A stretch of DNA of 46,950 nucleotides from assembly GCA_023484045.1 (NCBI GenBank), contig JAMDAA010000001.1, forward strand, positions 1-46,950, read 5' to 3'. The notes under the pieces were generated by a model that did no database searches, was not told where the DNA came from, and saw nothing but the letters and a program-made list of their open reading frames with translations. This DNA is from Patescibacteria group bacterium (GTDB lineage: Bacteria > Patescibacteriota > Microgenomatia > Levybacterales > UBA12049). Within the stretch, counting starts at the first letter, position 1. Every line of letters starts with the position of its first letter. The translations under genes and the position numbers were made by a program. Below are positions 18,539-28,109 of the stretch, piece by piece.

Positions 18539-18547
18539 ATTATACCA
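18539..18547 (-). promoter_or_regulatory. extended -10 promoter of the alaS operon, predicted leaderless
   Basis: minus strand TGgTATAAT, 6 nt, ATG 18532. Confidence 0.65.
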
Positions 18548-18598
18548 CGAAAATACTTCTTAATCTTTTAATTTGATCTTTTAACATTAATTATTCCA

Positions 18599-18628
18599 TT
18601 GACAGTTTTAGAGTAAATCAACTATCCT
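18599..18628 (+). promoter_or_regulatory. putative promoter of the TrpR-like gene
   Basis: TTGACA (18599-18604), 18 nt, TATCCT (18623-18628); the palindrome starts 2 nt later. Confidence 0.5.
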
Positions 18629-18629
18629 A

Positions 18630-18657
18630 TGTATAATGCACTATTGCAATATACAAT
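18630..18657. repeat. palindromic direct repeat / putative operator, upstream copy
   Basis: tgtataatgcactattgcaatatacaat; 26/28 identical to 19075-19102; overlaps the start codon. Confidence 0.85.
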
Positions 18658-19066
18658 GACTCAGGTATCAAAACATAAACTTTCAAAGAAAACAGAAACG
18701 GAGTTAATCGGGAGTTTGATTACGGTGTTTTCAACAATAACTAACTCCAAAGAAATGGTTGTATTTATAAACGCTTTTTTAACCGATACAGAAAAACTTA
18801 TGCTGGCAAAACGCTTGGCACTTATTATTCTTATTTTAGAAGGAATGCCGGATTCACAAATATCGAGTATTCTTCATGTAACACGCATAACAGTTGCAAA
18901 AATGCGATATTTTTATGAAGCACGGGGTAAAGAAGGATACGATATTGCGCTTTCTAAAATAAATGTAGATAAAAGATTGAAAGCCTTTAAAAAAGTTCTT
19001 ATATCGCTTGCGCGCTATTCTGTTCGCGCCGCCGGTGGATATGTAAAACCCGGTATTATTGACTAA
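18656..19066 (+). CDS. TrpR-like (YerC/YecD-type) helix-turn-helix protein
   Basis: FLTDTEKLMLAKRLALIILILEG....QISSILHVTRITV family pattern; start taken at the second ATG (MTQVSK). Confidence 0.8.
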   Translation: MTQVSKHKLSKKTETELIGSLITVFSTITNSKEMVVFINAFLTDTEKLMLAKRLALIILILEGMPDSQISSILHVTRITVAKMRYFYEARGKEGYDIALSKINVDKRLKAFKKVLISLARYSVRAAGGYVKPGIID

Positions 19067-19070
19067 ATAA

Positions 19071-19104
19071 TTATTGTATATTGCACTATTACAATATACA
19101 ATAA
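19071..19104. repeat. palindromic direct repeat, downstream copy
   Basis: ttattgtatattg-cactatta-caatatacaataa, a perfect 13-bp inverted repeat beginning 5 nt after the stop codon. Confidence 0.9.
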
Positions 19105-19195
19105 AAGCGTAAGGTGATGGATTGCGTTCAAGATCCATGGAAGGAATGCCGTGGTACTTCAGTTTCTGACAAGAGGCCGATTTAATGAAGAAGAG

Positions 19196-20149
19196 CTATC
19201 TTTTTATCTGCGACTGGCCCCATAAGAATGGGGCGTTTTGGTGTTTTAGATAAGAAAAAGCAGAAAATGCAGCCCTGGCGCCAAGACCGATTGCTGTTGA
19301 GATTTGTTCGATCGAAAGCCCGACGCTCACGATATCGCCGGCTGCAAAAACTCCTTGAATATTTGTTGTGAGTTTATCGTCTACTTTAATATATCCTTTT
19401 TCATCAATATTAATTCCCAGGGGAATCGCGAGCGCGCTACCAGGAACTCCGCCGATTTCGATAAAAACTTTTTCAATATTTAATGTTTTTTCGGTATCAT
19501 TTGCCTTAATTTTTATTCCGGTTGCTTTTTGCCCGTCGCCTAAAATTTCTAAAACTTGTGTGCTATATAGAATTTCGATTTTCGGATCATTTTTTATTTT
19601 TTCGATAAGAATCGGGTCGCTTCTTAGTTCAGAGCCGCGATATATAAGATAAATTTTACTCGCAGCGCTAGCAAGTTGTATTACCGCCTGAACCGCGCTG
19701 TTTGCGCCGCCGATAACCGCAACGGTTTTATTTTCGTATTCAAATTTTTCACATGTTGCGCAGTATTGTACGCCTTTTCCAGTATATTCATTTTCTCCCG
19801 TAATATTTAATTTTCGCCTTTCTGCGCCGGTCGCAATAATAAGAGTTGAGCTATCAAAATTTTTTCCGCTTTCGGTCGTTAATCGGAAGCCGTTTTCAAT
19901 CTTTTCGATTTTAGAAACAGACTCGTTTAAAATTTCTCCTCCGCGTTTTTTTACTTGAGTAGCCATTTTTTCAGCTAAGTCTTTTCCTGAAATCTCTTCG
20001 AATCCGGGATAGTTTATAATATCTGGCGCAAGACTCATTTGCCCACCTAATATGTCTCCGACTACAATATGCTTTAATTTAAAGCACGAGGCATAAATTG
20101 AAGCGGTGAGTCCTGAAGGTCCGCAGCCGATAATTATAAGATCGTACAT
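19196..20149 (-). CDS. trxB: thioredoxin reductase (FAD/NADPH)
   Basis: IIIGCGPSGL FAD motif, YCATC redox motif, VIGGANSA NADPH motif, GVFAAGD. Confidence 0.9.
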   Translation of the reverse strand: MYDLIIIGCGPSGLTASIYASCFKLKHIVVGDILGGQMSLAPDIINYPGFEEISGKDLAEKMATQVKKRGGEILNESVSKIEKIENGFRLTTESGKNFDSSTLIIATGAERRKLNITGENEYTGKGVQYCATCEKFEYENKTVAVIGGANSAVQAVIQLASAASKIYLIYRGSELRSDPILIEKIKNDPKIEILYSTQVLEILGDGQKATGIKIKANDTEKTLNIEKVFIEIGGVPGSALAIPLGINIDEKGYIKVDDKLTTNIQGVFAAGDIVSVGLSIEQISTAIGLGARAAFSAFSYLKHQNAPFLWGQSQIKR

Positions 20150-20156
20150 AGCTTAA

Positions 20157-20165
20157 ATAATACCA
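20157..20165 (-). promoter_or_regulatory. extended -10 promoter of trxB, predicted leaderless
   Basis: minus strand TGgTATTAT, 7 nt, ATG 20149. Confidence 0.5.
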
Positions 20166-20214
20166 TAAAAAAAATAACAAAACTATTTTTAGTCCATTAA
20201 TATACTATAGGTTA

Positions 20215-20244
20215 TTGACAGGGAAAAGGGGAGTATGTTATACA
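20215..20244 (+). promoter_or_regulatory. putative rpoBC promoter
   Basis: TTGACA (20215-20220), 18 nt, TATACA preceded by TG; the -10 lacks the final T. Confidence 0.4.
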
Positions 20245-20340
20245 CTAAACACTCTATATAATGTTATTTCCATAAGGGTGGGTTGCACTCGGTGTTTTTT
20301 GTTGTATAGAAGTCTATAGGTTTACTTAGAAATTATTCAG

Positions 20341-23300
20341 ATGCTCAAAAATCATAATTACATTGCAAGACAAAATTGGGGTAAATCTTACTCCCTACTG
20401 CCAAAACTCGATTTACTCGCTGTTCAAAAAGAATCTTATAAGTGGTTCAAAGAACACGCGGTTAAAGAGATACTCGATGAGATTTCTCCGATCGATGATT
20501 TTACAGAAAAAAACTGGACGTTAACTTTAAACGACTATCGTTTCGGAAAACCTTCGACGACACCCCAAAACGCACTGGTTAAAGGAATAACATACGATGT
20601 CCCCCTTTATGTAAAAACAACTTTGGTAAACAAAAAAACAGAAAAGAAAATGAACGCAGAAGTGTTTTTGGGCGATATTCCCGAGATGACAGAAAGGGGC
20701 ACTTTTATCGTAAACGGGATCGAAAGAGCGGTTGTTAATCAATTAGTCAGATCTCCGGGAGTATTTTTTACTGCCGTCGCAGACCCCGTTACCGGAAAAA
20801 TGCTTTATAACGCCGAAATAAGACCGATTCATGGTTCGTGGCTCGAGTTTTCGACGACTAGACACGCGACGATCACAGTAAAGATCGATAGAAGAAGAAA
20901 GTTTTTAGTAACGACATTCTTAAGGGCCCTCGGAATTTCCTCGAATGATCAACTAAAAGAAAGCTTCAAGGAAATTGACTCAGAAGACAAAGACGAACAC
21001 ATAAAAAACACACTCGAAAAAGACGAAACCACGACAGAGGCAGAAGCGGTTGTCGAAATTTTCAAAAAAATGCATCCGGGAGAACCGATCGTTCTCGAAA
21101 AAGTTAGAGAAAACATAACGAGTCTTTTTTTCAATAGCAGAAGATATGATTTGGGAATGGTTGGAAGATATAAAATAAACAAGAAATTAAACGAAACGCC
21201 GGGGTTTAGGTTCTCGGAAGAACGTGTTTTAACAATCGACGATATAATCGGGGCGATAAATTATCTTATTTTACTGCTTTCCGGAAAAGGAATAATCGAT
21301 GATATCGACAGTCTCGCAAACAGAAGAGTTAGAAGTGTAGGAGAATTAGTCGCGACGACCGCATTTAGGGTCGGTGTTTTAAGACTCGAAAGAAGCATTA
21401 AAGAAAGAATGAGCCTGATTCAGGCAGATGTTCCTGTGTCAATCCCCTCTTTAATTAACGCGCGACCGATTATGGCGTCGATCAACGAATTTTTCAGGAC
21501 CTCGCAACTTTCAACAATCCTCGACCAAACAAATCCCTTATCCGAAATAGACAATTTAAACCGCTTGACAGTTATGGGTATCGGCGGAGTTTCCAGAGAA
21601 AGAGCGGCGTTTTCGATCCGCGACATTAATAGCTCTCAATATAGTAGAATTTGTCCGATCAGGTCTCCCGAAGGACCAAACATAGGGCTCGTAACTTATT
21701 TAACTTTGTACGCGAGGATCAATAAATACGGTTTTATCGAAGCGCCGTATCGAGAAGTAGAAGTTAAGAAAAATGGTAAAAAAACAACGGTTAAAGCTTT
21801 GGATGAAATTATTTATCTCGACGCAGAAGATGAAGCAAAGCATTATATTACCGGCGCAACGGTTTTGTCGGACGAAAACAGGATCGAAGACGAAATGGTT
21901 CCGGCAAGGTACAGCGGAGAATTTTTGGAAGTCGAGAAAGAAAAAATCGAATATGTCGATCTTACACCAAGACAGGTTGTCGGAAGCGCGGCTTCTCTTA
22001 TTCCATTTGTTTCTCACGATGACGCGCAAAGATCGCTTATGGGTACTCACATGCAATGTCAGGCAGTACCTTTAGTAAAACCCGAGAGTCCGATCGTCGG
22101 AACGGGAATGGAAGGATCGGTCGCACAAGTTATGCATAGGGTTGTTACGGCGCCGTTTGACGGAAAAATCGAATCGATCGATAGTAAATTACTCGTTTTG
22201 AAAGGATCAAAAGGAGAAAAAGCTATTTTTTCGATCGAGACTTTCAAAAGAACAGCGCAGGCGACCTGTTACACGCAAAAAGTAATAGTCGATGCTGGCC
22301 AAAAAATTAAAAAAGGAGACGTCTTAATCGATGGACCGGCTGCTCAATTTGGAGAACTGGCTTTGGGTCAAAATTTATTGATCGCGTACGCATCGCTCGA
22401 CGGATTGGGATACGAAGACGCGATCGTTGTTTCCGAAAGATTAGTTAAAGAAGACATTTTTTCTTCGATCCACATTGAAAAATACGAGACGTCGGTCGTT
22501 GAGACAAAGCTCGGACCAGAAGAGACGACCCGCGACATTCCTAATGTTTCAGAGGAAGATCTGGCAAATTTAGACGAAGACGGAATCATCGTCGTCGGGA
22601 GCGAAGTCGAGTCAGGAGATATATTGGTCGGTAAAATCGCTCCAAAAGGAGAAACAGAGTTAACCGCAGAAGAAAGATTACTCCGGGCGATTTTTGGTGA
22701 ACAGGCGCGGGAAGTCCGAGACACATCTTTAAGAATACCAAACGGTGAGAGAGGAACTGTAATAAACGTTCAAATTCTCGATCGAAAAGGCGGAGACGAA
22801 TTAGAACCGGGGACGATAAAAAAGATCCTCGTTGAAGTCGCGCAATACAGGCATATTGTCGTCGGAGATAAACTCGCCGGGAGACACGGGAATAAAGGAG
22901 TTATTTCAAAAATTTTACCAGTTTCTGACATGCCGTATCTTACAGATGGGACACCGGTTGATATTCTTATTTCACCGATAAGCGTTTTGGCGCGTATGAA
23001 TTTGGGACAATTACTCGAAGCGCATCTTGGATGGGCGGCACAAAAACTCGGAATGAAAATTGCGGTTCCGGTTTTCGAAAGAATAGAGGAAGAAAGAATA
23101 CTTTCTCTTATTAAAAAGGCGGGTCTCCCCGAAAGCGGAAAATCGGCTCTTTACGACGGTAGAACGGGAAAAGCCTACGAAAATCAAGTCGTTGTCGGCA
23201 TAGAATACGTTATGAAACTTATTCACATGGTTGAAGATAAAACTCATGCAAGATCGACCGGTCCGTATTCACTAGTTACACAGCAGCCATTGGGTGGAAA

Positions 23301-23691
23301 AGCGCAAATGGGGGGACAGAGACTCGGAGAAATGGAAGTTTGGGCGCTCGAAGCACACAGGGCGCGTTATATATTACAGGAAATGTTGACGATTAAATCA
23401 GATGATATTGTAGGACGCGCAAAGGCGTTTGAGGCGATCGTTAAAGGAACGGATATTCCAACACCCAAAGTTCCAGAGTCATTTAAAGTTCTTATTAAAG
23501 AACTTCAGGCGCTCGGTCTTAATGTTGTGTTAACCGGTGCAGAGGTAACAGAAGAAGTAAAAGAGCCTATTTTAGAAGAAAAAGAGGAACAAAAAGTTGA
23601 GGAAGAAGCAAAAGAGCTCCAGGAAACTTTAGGTGGGAAAGAGGTTACAACCGGAACAGAACAGGGAATGGAGGTCGCGAGTAATGAATAA
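20341..23691 (+). CDS. rpoB: RNA polymerase beta subunit
   Basis: NGIERAVVNQLVRSPG, CPIRSPEGPNIGL, GDKLAGRHGNKG, GGQRLGEMEVWALEA. Confidence 0.99.
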   Translation: MLKNHNYIARQNWGKSYSLLPKLDLLAVQKESYKWFKEHAVKEILDEISPIDDFTEKNWTLTLNDYRFGKPSTTPQNALVKGITYDVPLYVKTTLVNKKTEKKMNAEVFLGDIPEMTERGTFIVNGIERAVVNQLVRSPGVFFTAVADPVTGKMLYNAEIRPIHGSWLEFSTTRHATITVKIDRRRKFLVTTFLRALGISSNDQLKESFKEIDSEDKDEHIKNTLEKDETTTEAEAVVEIFKKMHPGEPIVLEKVRENITSLFFNSRRYDLGMVGRYKINKKLNETPGFRFSEERVLTIDDIIGAINYLILLLSGKGIIDDIDSLANRRVRSVGELVATTAFRVGVLRLERSIKERMSLIQADVPVSIPSLINARPIMASINEFFRTSQLSTILDQTNPLSEIDNLNRLTVMGIGGVSRERAAFSIRDINSSQYSRICPIRSPEGPNIGLVTYLTLYARINKYGFIEAPYREVEVKKNGKKTTVKALDEIIYLDAEDEAKHYITGATVLSDENRIEDEMVPARYSGEFLEVEKEKIEYVDLTPRQVVGSAASLIPFVSHDDAQRSLMGTHMQCQAVPLVKPESPIVGTGMEGSVAQVMHRVVTAPFDGKIESIDSKLLVLKGSKGEKAIFSIETFKRTAQATCYTQKVIVDAGQKIKKGDVLIDGPAAQFGELALGQNLLIAYASLDGLGYEDAIVVSERLVKEDIFSSIHIEKYETSVVETKLGPEETTRDIPNVSEEDLANLDEDGIIVVGSEVESGDILVGKIAPKGETELTAEERLLRAIFGEQAREVRDTSLRIPNGERGTVINVQILDRKGGDELEPGTIKKILVEVAQYRHIVVGDKLAGRHGNKGVISKILPVSDMPYLTDGTPVDILISPISVLARMNLGQLLEAHLGWAAQKLGMKIAVPVFERIEEERILSLIKKAGLPESGKSALYDGRTGKAYENQVVVGIEYVMKLIHMVEDKTHARSTGPYSLVTQQPLGGKAQMGGQRLGEMEVWALEAHRARYILQEMLTIKSDDIVGRAKAFEAIVKGTDIPTPKVPESFKVLIKELQALGLNVVLTGAEVTEEVKEPILEEKEEQKVEEEAKELQETLGGKEVTTGTEQGMEVASNE

Positions 23692-26600
23692 TCCAAAAAA
23701 TAAAGATTTAATGATTGTTGATTTTAGTTCGCTTAAGATTCTTCTTGCGAGTAAAGAGGATATAATGAACTGGTCTTATGGCGAAATTACAAAACCTGAA
23801 ACGATTAATTACAGAACACTGCGGCCTGAAAAAGACGGTCTTTTCGACGAAAGAATTTTCGGACCGACAAAAGATTGGGAGTGTTATTGTGGAAAATATA
23901 AAAGGATAAGATATAAAGGAATCGTTTGCGATAAATGCGGTGTCGAGGTTACGTTATCGAGAGTTCGCCGGGAAAGAATGGGACATATCGCTCTGGCTTG
24001 TCCTGTCGCGCACGTATGGTTTTTTAAAGGACCATCTTCTTCTCTATCATTAATTCTGGATGTTTCGCAAAAGAATTTGGAATCGGTTATTTATTACGCT
24101 TCTTATCTTGTAACCGCGATCGACGAAAAGAAAAAAGAACACGCACTTTCACAATTTGCAAAAATAATCGATGACCGAAAGAAAAAACAGGAAAAAGATA
24201 AAGAAATAGAAGAAAAAAGGATAGATAAAGAAATAGAAGAAAAATTAAAAGAAGCAAAAGGGGTAAATATTACAAAAGAGCAAAAACAACTTATTACTCA
24301 GGAGCTTGCGCTTCTTAAAAGACAGAAAAATACACGACTTTCGGAGCGTCTGGAAGCCGAAAACAAAAAGCTCGACGAAATCGCAGAAGCACTTTCCAAG
24401 CTTTTAAAAAGTCTTAAAGTAGGAAGTGTTCTTTCGGAAGACGAATATTTCAAGCTTTTGGAATACGAGATTCCTGTTTTCTTTACGATAAAAACCGGCG
24501 CGCAGGCGATTTTGGAATTATTAGACAAGGTTGATATTTCTTCGCTTATTGTTTCTCTTCGGGGTGAATCGGAAAAAGCGAGTGGTGCAAAATATTTAAA
24601 AATTATCAAAAGATTAAGACTTCTTGAAATGATGAGGAAGGCCGGAGTAAATGTTTCTTCGACGATTTTTACGGTTTTACCGGTAATTCCGCCGGATTTA
24701 AGGCCGATGGTGCAATTAGTCGGAGGGAGATTTGCGACATCTGACTTAAACGATTTATACAGAAGGATAATAAACAGAAATAACAGACTTAAACATTTAA
24801 TGGCACTTGGTGCTCCCGAAATAATTCTCCGAAACGAAAAAAGAATGCTTCAGGAATCGGTTGACACGCTTATCGATATGTCACAAAGGACCCAGGTTGT
24901 TGCGTCTCCACTTCGATCTCTTTCAGACATGTTGCGTGGAAAACAGGGAAGATTCAGACAAAATTTACTCGGTAAAAGGGTTGATTATTCTGGTCGTTCC
25001 GTAATCGTCGTAGGCCCGAACTTGTCACTTTCGCAATGCGGTCTTCCGAAAGATATGGCGCTTGAGATGTTTAAACCCTTTGTTCTTCGGGAGGTAATAG
25101 TCCGGGGTTACGCACCGAACATAAAATCGGCAAAACGGTATATCGAAAAAAAGCCGCCGGAAGTTTTTGATATTCTGGAAGAGATAACAAAAAATCATCC
25201 GGTTTTATTAAACCGCGCACCGACACTTCATAAACTTGGTATTCAAGCATTTTATCCGGTTTTGATCGAAGGATCGGCGATTAGTATTCATCCATGCGTT
25301 TGTTCGGGATACAACGCGGATTTTGATGGCGATCAAATGGCAGTTCATATTCCACTCTCGCAAAAAGCCCAGGAAGAGGCGATTAAACTTATGATGCCAA
25401 GTTTCAACTTATTGAAACCGGCCGACGGTAATCCGATTACGCTTCCAAACAGAGAAATGGCTGTCGGAGTTTTCTTTTTGACAACAATGGATGAAAGATA
25501 CAGAAAAGAAGAGACTTCGTGTTTTGCAGATATAAACGAAGTATTTTTGGCACATTCGCTAAATAAAATAAATTTACGCGAACCGATTAATGTCCGGGTC
25601 GAAAATAAAATAACCGAAACAACAGTCGGAAGATTAATGTTTAACGAAAAACTTCCGAAAGCTCTAGGTTTTATCAATCAAGCTGTTAAGGCTTCAACAA
25701 TTCGAAAAATTGTAACAACAGCGATCGCAGCGTGCACATCTGGGGAAGTAGCGGAGCTTATCGATAATATTAAAAACCTCGGATTTTACGCCGCGACGAT
25801 TTCCGGAGTTTCGGTATCGGTTTTTGATAATCAGATGGTTCCGGAAAAAGAGAAACTTATCGAAGATGCAGAAACGAAGATTTCAGAGATAAGCGACGAA
25901 TATCAATCAGGACTTATTACGCTCGATGAGAGGAAAAGATTATCAAATGATACTTGGCTTAAAACAACAGACGCGATCGCAGAACTTACATGGAATAGTT
26001 TAAAATCGACGAATCCGATCAAAACATTTATCGATTCCGAAGGAACAAGGGTCGGTAAAGATCAGTTAAAACAGTTGTCGGCGATCCGGGGTCTTATTTT
26101 AGACCCGTTGGGTAAAATTGTCGAACTTCCGATTAAGTCAAACTTCAGAGAAGGTTTGTCAATTTTTGAATATGTTACATCGGCCAGGGGTTCGAGAAAA
26201 GGATTAACAGACTCGGCTTTAAAAACAGCAAACGCGGGCTATTTAACAAGAAGGTTAGTCGATGTAGCACACGACGTTATTATAAGAAATGAAGATTGTG
26301 GAACAACAGAGGGAATAACGATTCCGGAAGAAAAGAGCAGGGCGTCGTTTGCCGATCGGTTAATCGGAAGATTGGCTTTAAACGATATACATTCCAAAAA
26401 AACAAAGAAAATTATCGTTAAGAAAAATGAGGAGATAACAGAAGAGAAGGCAAAAGCAATAATAGACAGCGAGGTAAAGGAAGTTATTGTCAGGTCTCCT
26501 TTAACGTGTAAACATTTATACGGTTTGTGTGCTAACTGCTATGGTTGGGATTTTGCGACAAGAAGAAAAGTTGAGCTTGGTATACCCGTTGGAGTTGTTG

Positions 26601-27385
26601 CGGCGCAATCGATCGGAGAGCCGGGAACACAACTCACAATGAGGGTTAGACATTTCGGAGGAGTTGTAATGTCAGACGTTACCCAAGGTCTTCCGAGGGT
26701 TGAGGAATTGTTCGAGATGAGAACACCGAAAAACCTTTCCCCGATCACAGAGATTAGCGGTAAGGCAAAAATTGAAACAAGAGACGATGGATATGTCGTA
26801 AAAATTAAAAACACAAAGATAAAGCCGATCGAAGAGCGCGAATATTTTGTTCCACTCGCGGCAGAACTCTTGATCGCAGACGGCGATGACGTTGTGGCCG
26901 GGACTCCTCTGGCCGAAGGACATCTTGATCCAAAAGAAGTACTCAAAGTTAGAGGGTTGACTCAAACACAACAATATATCGTAAATGAAGCTCAAAGAGT
27001 TTATGAATCACAGGGAATCGCGATAAACGATAAACATTTCGAAGTAATTTTACGCAAAATGTCGGACAAAGTGATTGTTGAAACAGTCGGCGATACATCG
27101 TTTATCCCCGGCGACTTTATTACAAAAACGAGATTTGAAGAAATAAACAAAGAAATGATCGCCCAAGGTGCAGAACCGGCGACCGGAAGAAGAGTTGTTT
27201 TGGGTATTACAAAAGCCGCTTTATTCTCGGATTCGTGGTTATCTGCGTCGTCGTTCCAGGAGACGACAAAAGTTTTAACCGAAGCTGCACTCGAAGGTCG
27301 CGAGGATAAGCTTATCGGACTTAAAGAAAATGTTATTATCGGACGCCTAATTCCGGTTGAAGGAACTAGGGCTGATAAGGTATAA
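23684..27385 (+). CDS. rpoC: RNA polymerase beta' subunit
   Basis: zinc finger CYCGKY...CDKC, NADFDGDQM catalytic motif, LKENVIIGRLIP; start moved to ATG 23684 overlapping the rpoB end. Confidence 0.99.
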   Translation: MNNPKNKDLMIVDFSSLKILLASKEDIMNWSYGEITKPETINYRTLRPEKDGLFDERIFGPTKDWECYCGKYKRIRYKGIVCDKCGVEVTLSRVRRERMGHIALACPVAHVWFFKGPSSSLSLILDVSQKNLESVIYYASYLVTAIDEKKKEHALSQFAKIIDDRKKKQEKDKEIEEKRIDKEIEEKLKEAKGVNITKEQKQLITQELALLKRQKNTRLSERLEAENKKLDEIAEALSKLLKSLKVGSVLSEDEYFKLLEYEIPVFFTIKTGAQAILELLDKVDISSLIVSLRGESEKASGAKYLKIIKRLRLLEMMRKAGVNVSSTIFTVLPVIPPDLRPMVQLVGGRFATSDLNDLYRRIINRNNRLKHLMALGAPEIILRNEKRMLQESVDTLIDMSQRTQVVASPLRSLSDMLRGKQGRFRQNLLGKRVDYSGRSVIVVGPNLSLSQCGLPKDMALEMFKPFVLREVIVRGYAPNIKSAKRYIEKKPPEVFDILEEITKNHPVLLNRAPTLHKLGIQAFYPVLIEGSAISIHPCVCSGYNADFDGDQMAVHIPLSQKAQEEAIKLMMPSFNLLKPADGNPITLPNREMAVGVFFLTTMDERYRKEETSCFADINEVFLAHSLNKINLREPINVRVENKITETTVGRLMFNEKLPKALGFINQAVKASTIRKIVTTAIAACTSGEVAELIDNIKNLGFYAATISGVSVSVFDNQMVPEKEKLIEDAETKISEISDEYQSGLITLDERKRLSNDTWLKTTDAIAELTWNSLKSTNPIKTFIDSEGTRVGKDQLKQLSAIRGLILDPLGKIVELPIKSNFREGLSIFEYVTSARGSRKGLTDSALKTANAGYLTRRLVDVAHDVIIRNEDCGTTEGITIPEEKSRASFADRLIGRLALNDIHSKKTKKIIVKKNEEITEEKAKAIIDSEVKEVIVRSPLTCKHLYGLCANCYGWDFATRRKVELGIPVGVVAAQSIGEPGTQLTMRVRHFGGVVMSDVTQGLPRVEELFEMRTPKNLSPITEISGKAKIETRDDGYVVKIKNTKIKPIEEREYFVPLAAELLIADGDDVVAGTPLAEGHLDPKEVLKVRGLTQTQQYIVNEAQRVYESQGIAINDKHFEVILRKMSDKVIVETVGDTSFIPGDFITKTRFEEINKEMIAQGAEPATGRRVVLGITKAALFSDSWLSASSFQETTKVLTEAALEGREDKLIGLKENVIIGRLIPVEGTRADKV

Positions 27386-27391
27386 TAAGAA

Positions 27392-27495
27392 ACTCAAAGG
27401 TCAAAAATCAAAGATCAAAAATTACAACTTAAAAGTAAAAGTTTTAAGCTTTAAGATTTAATTTTGAAATTTGCGATTTAAGTTTTGAATTTGAC
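27392..27495. repeat. heptamer-periodic imperfect inverted repeat (rpoC-rpsL spacer)
   Basis: tcaaa at 27394, 27401, 27408, 27415, then a mirrored ttt(g/a)a series from 27443 to 27494. Confidence 0.75.
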
Positions 27496-27513
27496 TGACT
27501 GAAAGGAAGGAAC

Positions 27514-27972
27514 ATGCCGACATTATCACAATTGTCTAAAAGAGGAAGAAAAAGAAAAGTTAAGAAAACCCGATCAATGGCGATGAGAAGGTTATTTAAT
27601 GCTAAAGACCGCGTTTATACAAATATAGCTTCCCCTCAAAAACGGGGAGTTGTCACTTTGGTAAAAACGATGACGCCGAAAAAACCGAATTCGGCTTTAA
27701 GAAAAGTCGCGAGGGTTAAGCTTTCAAACAGAATGGAAGTCACAGCCTATATTCAGGGAGTCGGACATTCGCTCTCGGAACACGGAATCGTATTAGTGAA
27801 AGGTGGAAGAGTTAAAGATTTACCGGGAGTTAAATATCATATTGTCCGCGGAAAATATGATCTTTTGGGCGTTGAAGGAAGAAAAACATCGAGAAGTAAA
27901 TATGGAACAAAGCGCGGTGGAGGAACTCCTCAAAGAGTTGCGCCTGCGGCACCGACTGCGCAGACAGTATAG
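27514..27972 (+). CDS. rpsL: 30S ribosomal protein S12
   Basis: [21 protein letters not shown]; SD gaaaggaagg upstream. Confidence 0.99.
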   Translation: MPTLSQLSKRGRKRKVKKTRSMAMRRLFNAKDRVYTNIASPQKRGVVTLVKTMTPKKPNSALRKVARVKLSNRMEVTAYIQGVGHSLSEHGIVLVKGGRVKDLPGVKYHIVRGKYDLLGVEGRKTSRSKYGTKRGGGTPQRVAPAAPTAQTV

Positions 27973-28105
27973 AATTGAATTTTTGAAGTGAGAAGTTAGA
28001 TTTTCTTGAGATCGAGTTCTTGAGTTTTTGAATTTTCGATCGATCAAAGTATTAAATACTCAAGATCAAGTAAATCAAGAAATTCTAATTTCAAAAAATC
28101 TAAAT
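27973..28105. repeat. long imperfect inverted repeat filling the rpsL-rpsG spacer
   Basis: tttttgaa/ttcaaaaa, ttagattttcttga/tcaagaaattctaa and cttgagt/actcaag arm pairs around a central cgatcg. Confidence 0.75.
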
Positions 28106-28109
28106 AAAT

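Noticed and set aside
18854-19138. 94-aa minus-strand ORF over the TrpR-like gene
   Set aside because: Antisense shadow of a real gene that also runs through the palindrome; no recognisable features.
19105-19195. Three small adjacent hairpins (tggat/atcca; ccatgg/ccgtgg; tcag/ctga) suggesting a tRNA-like or ncRNA
   Set aside because: No T-loop, D-loop or acceptor-stem consensus; stems are short and overlap; at most a weak terminator region between convergent genes.
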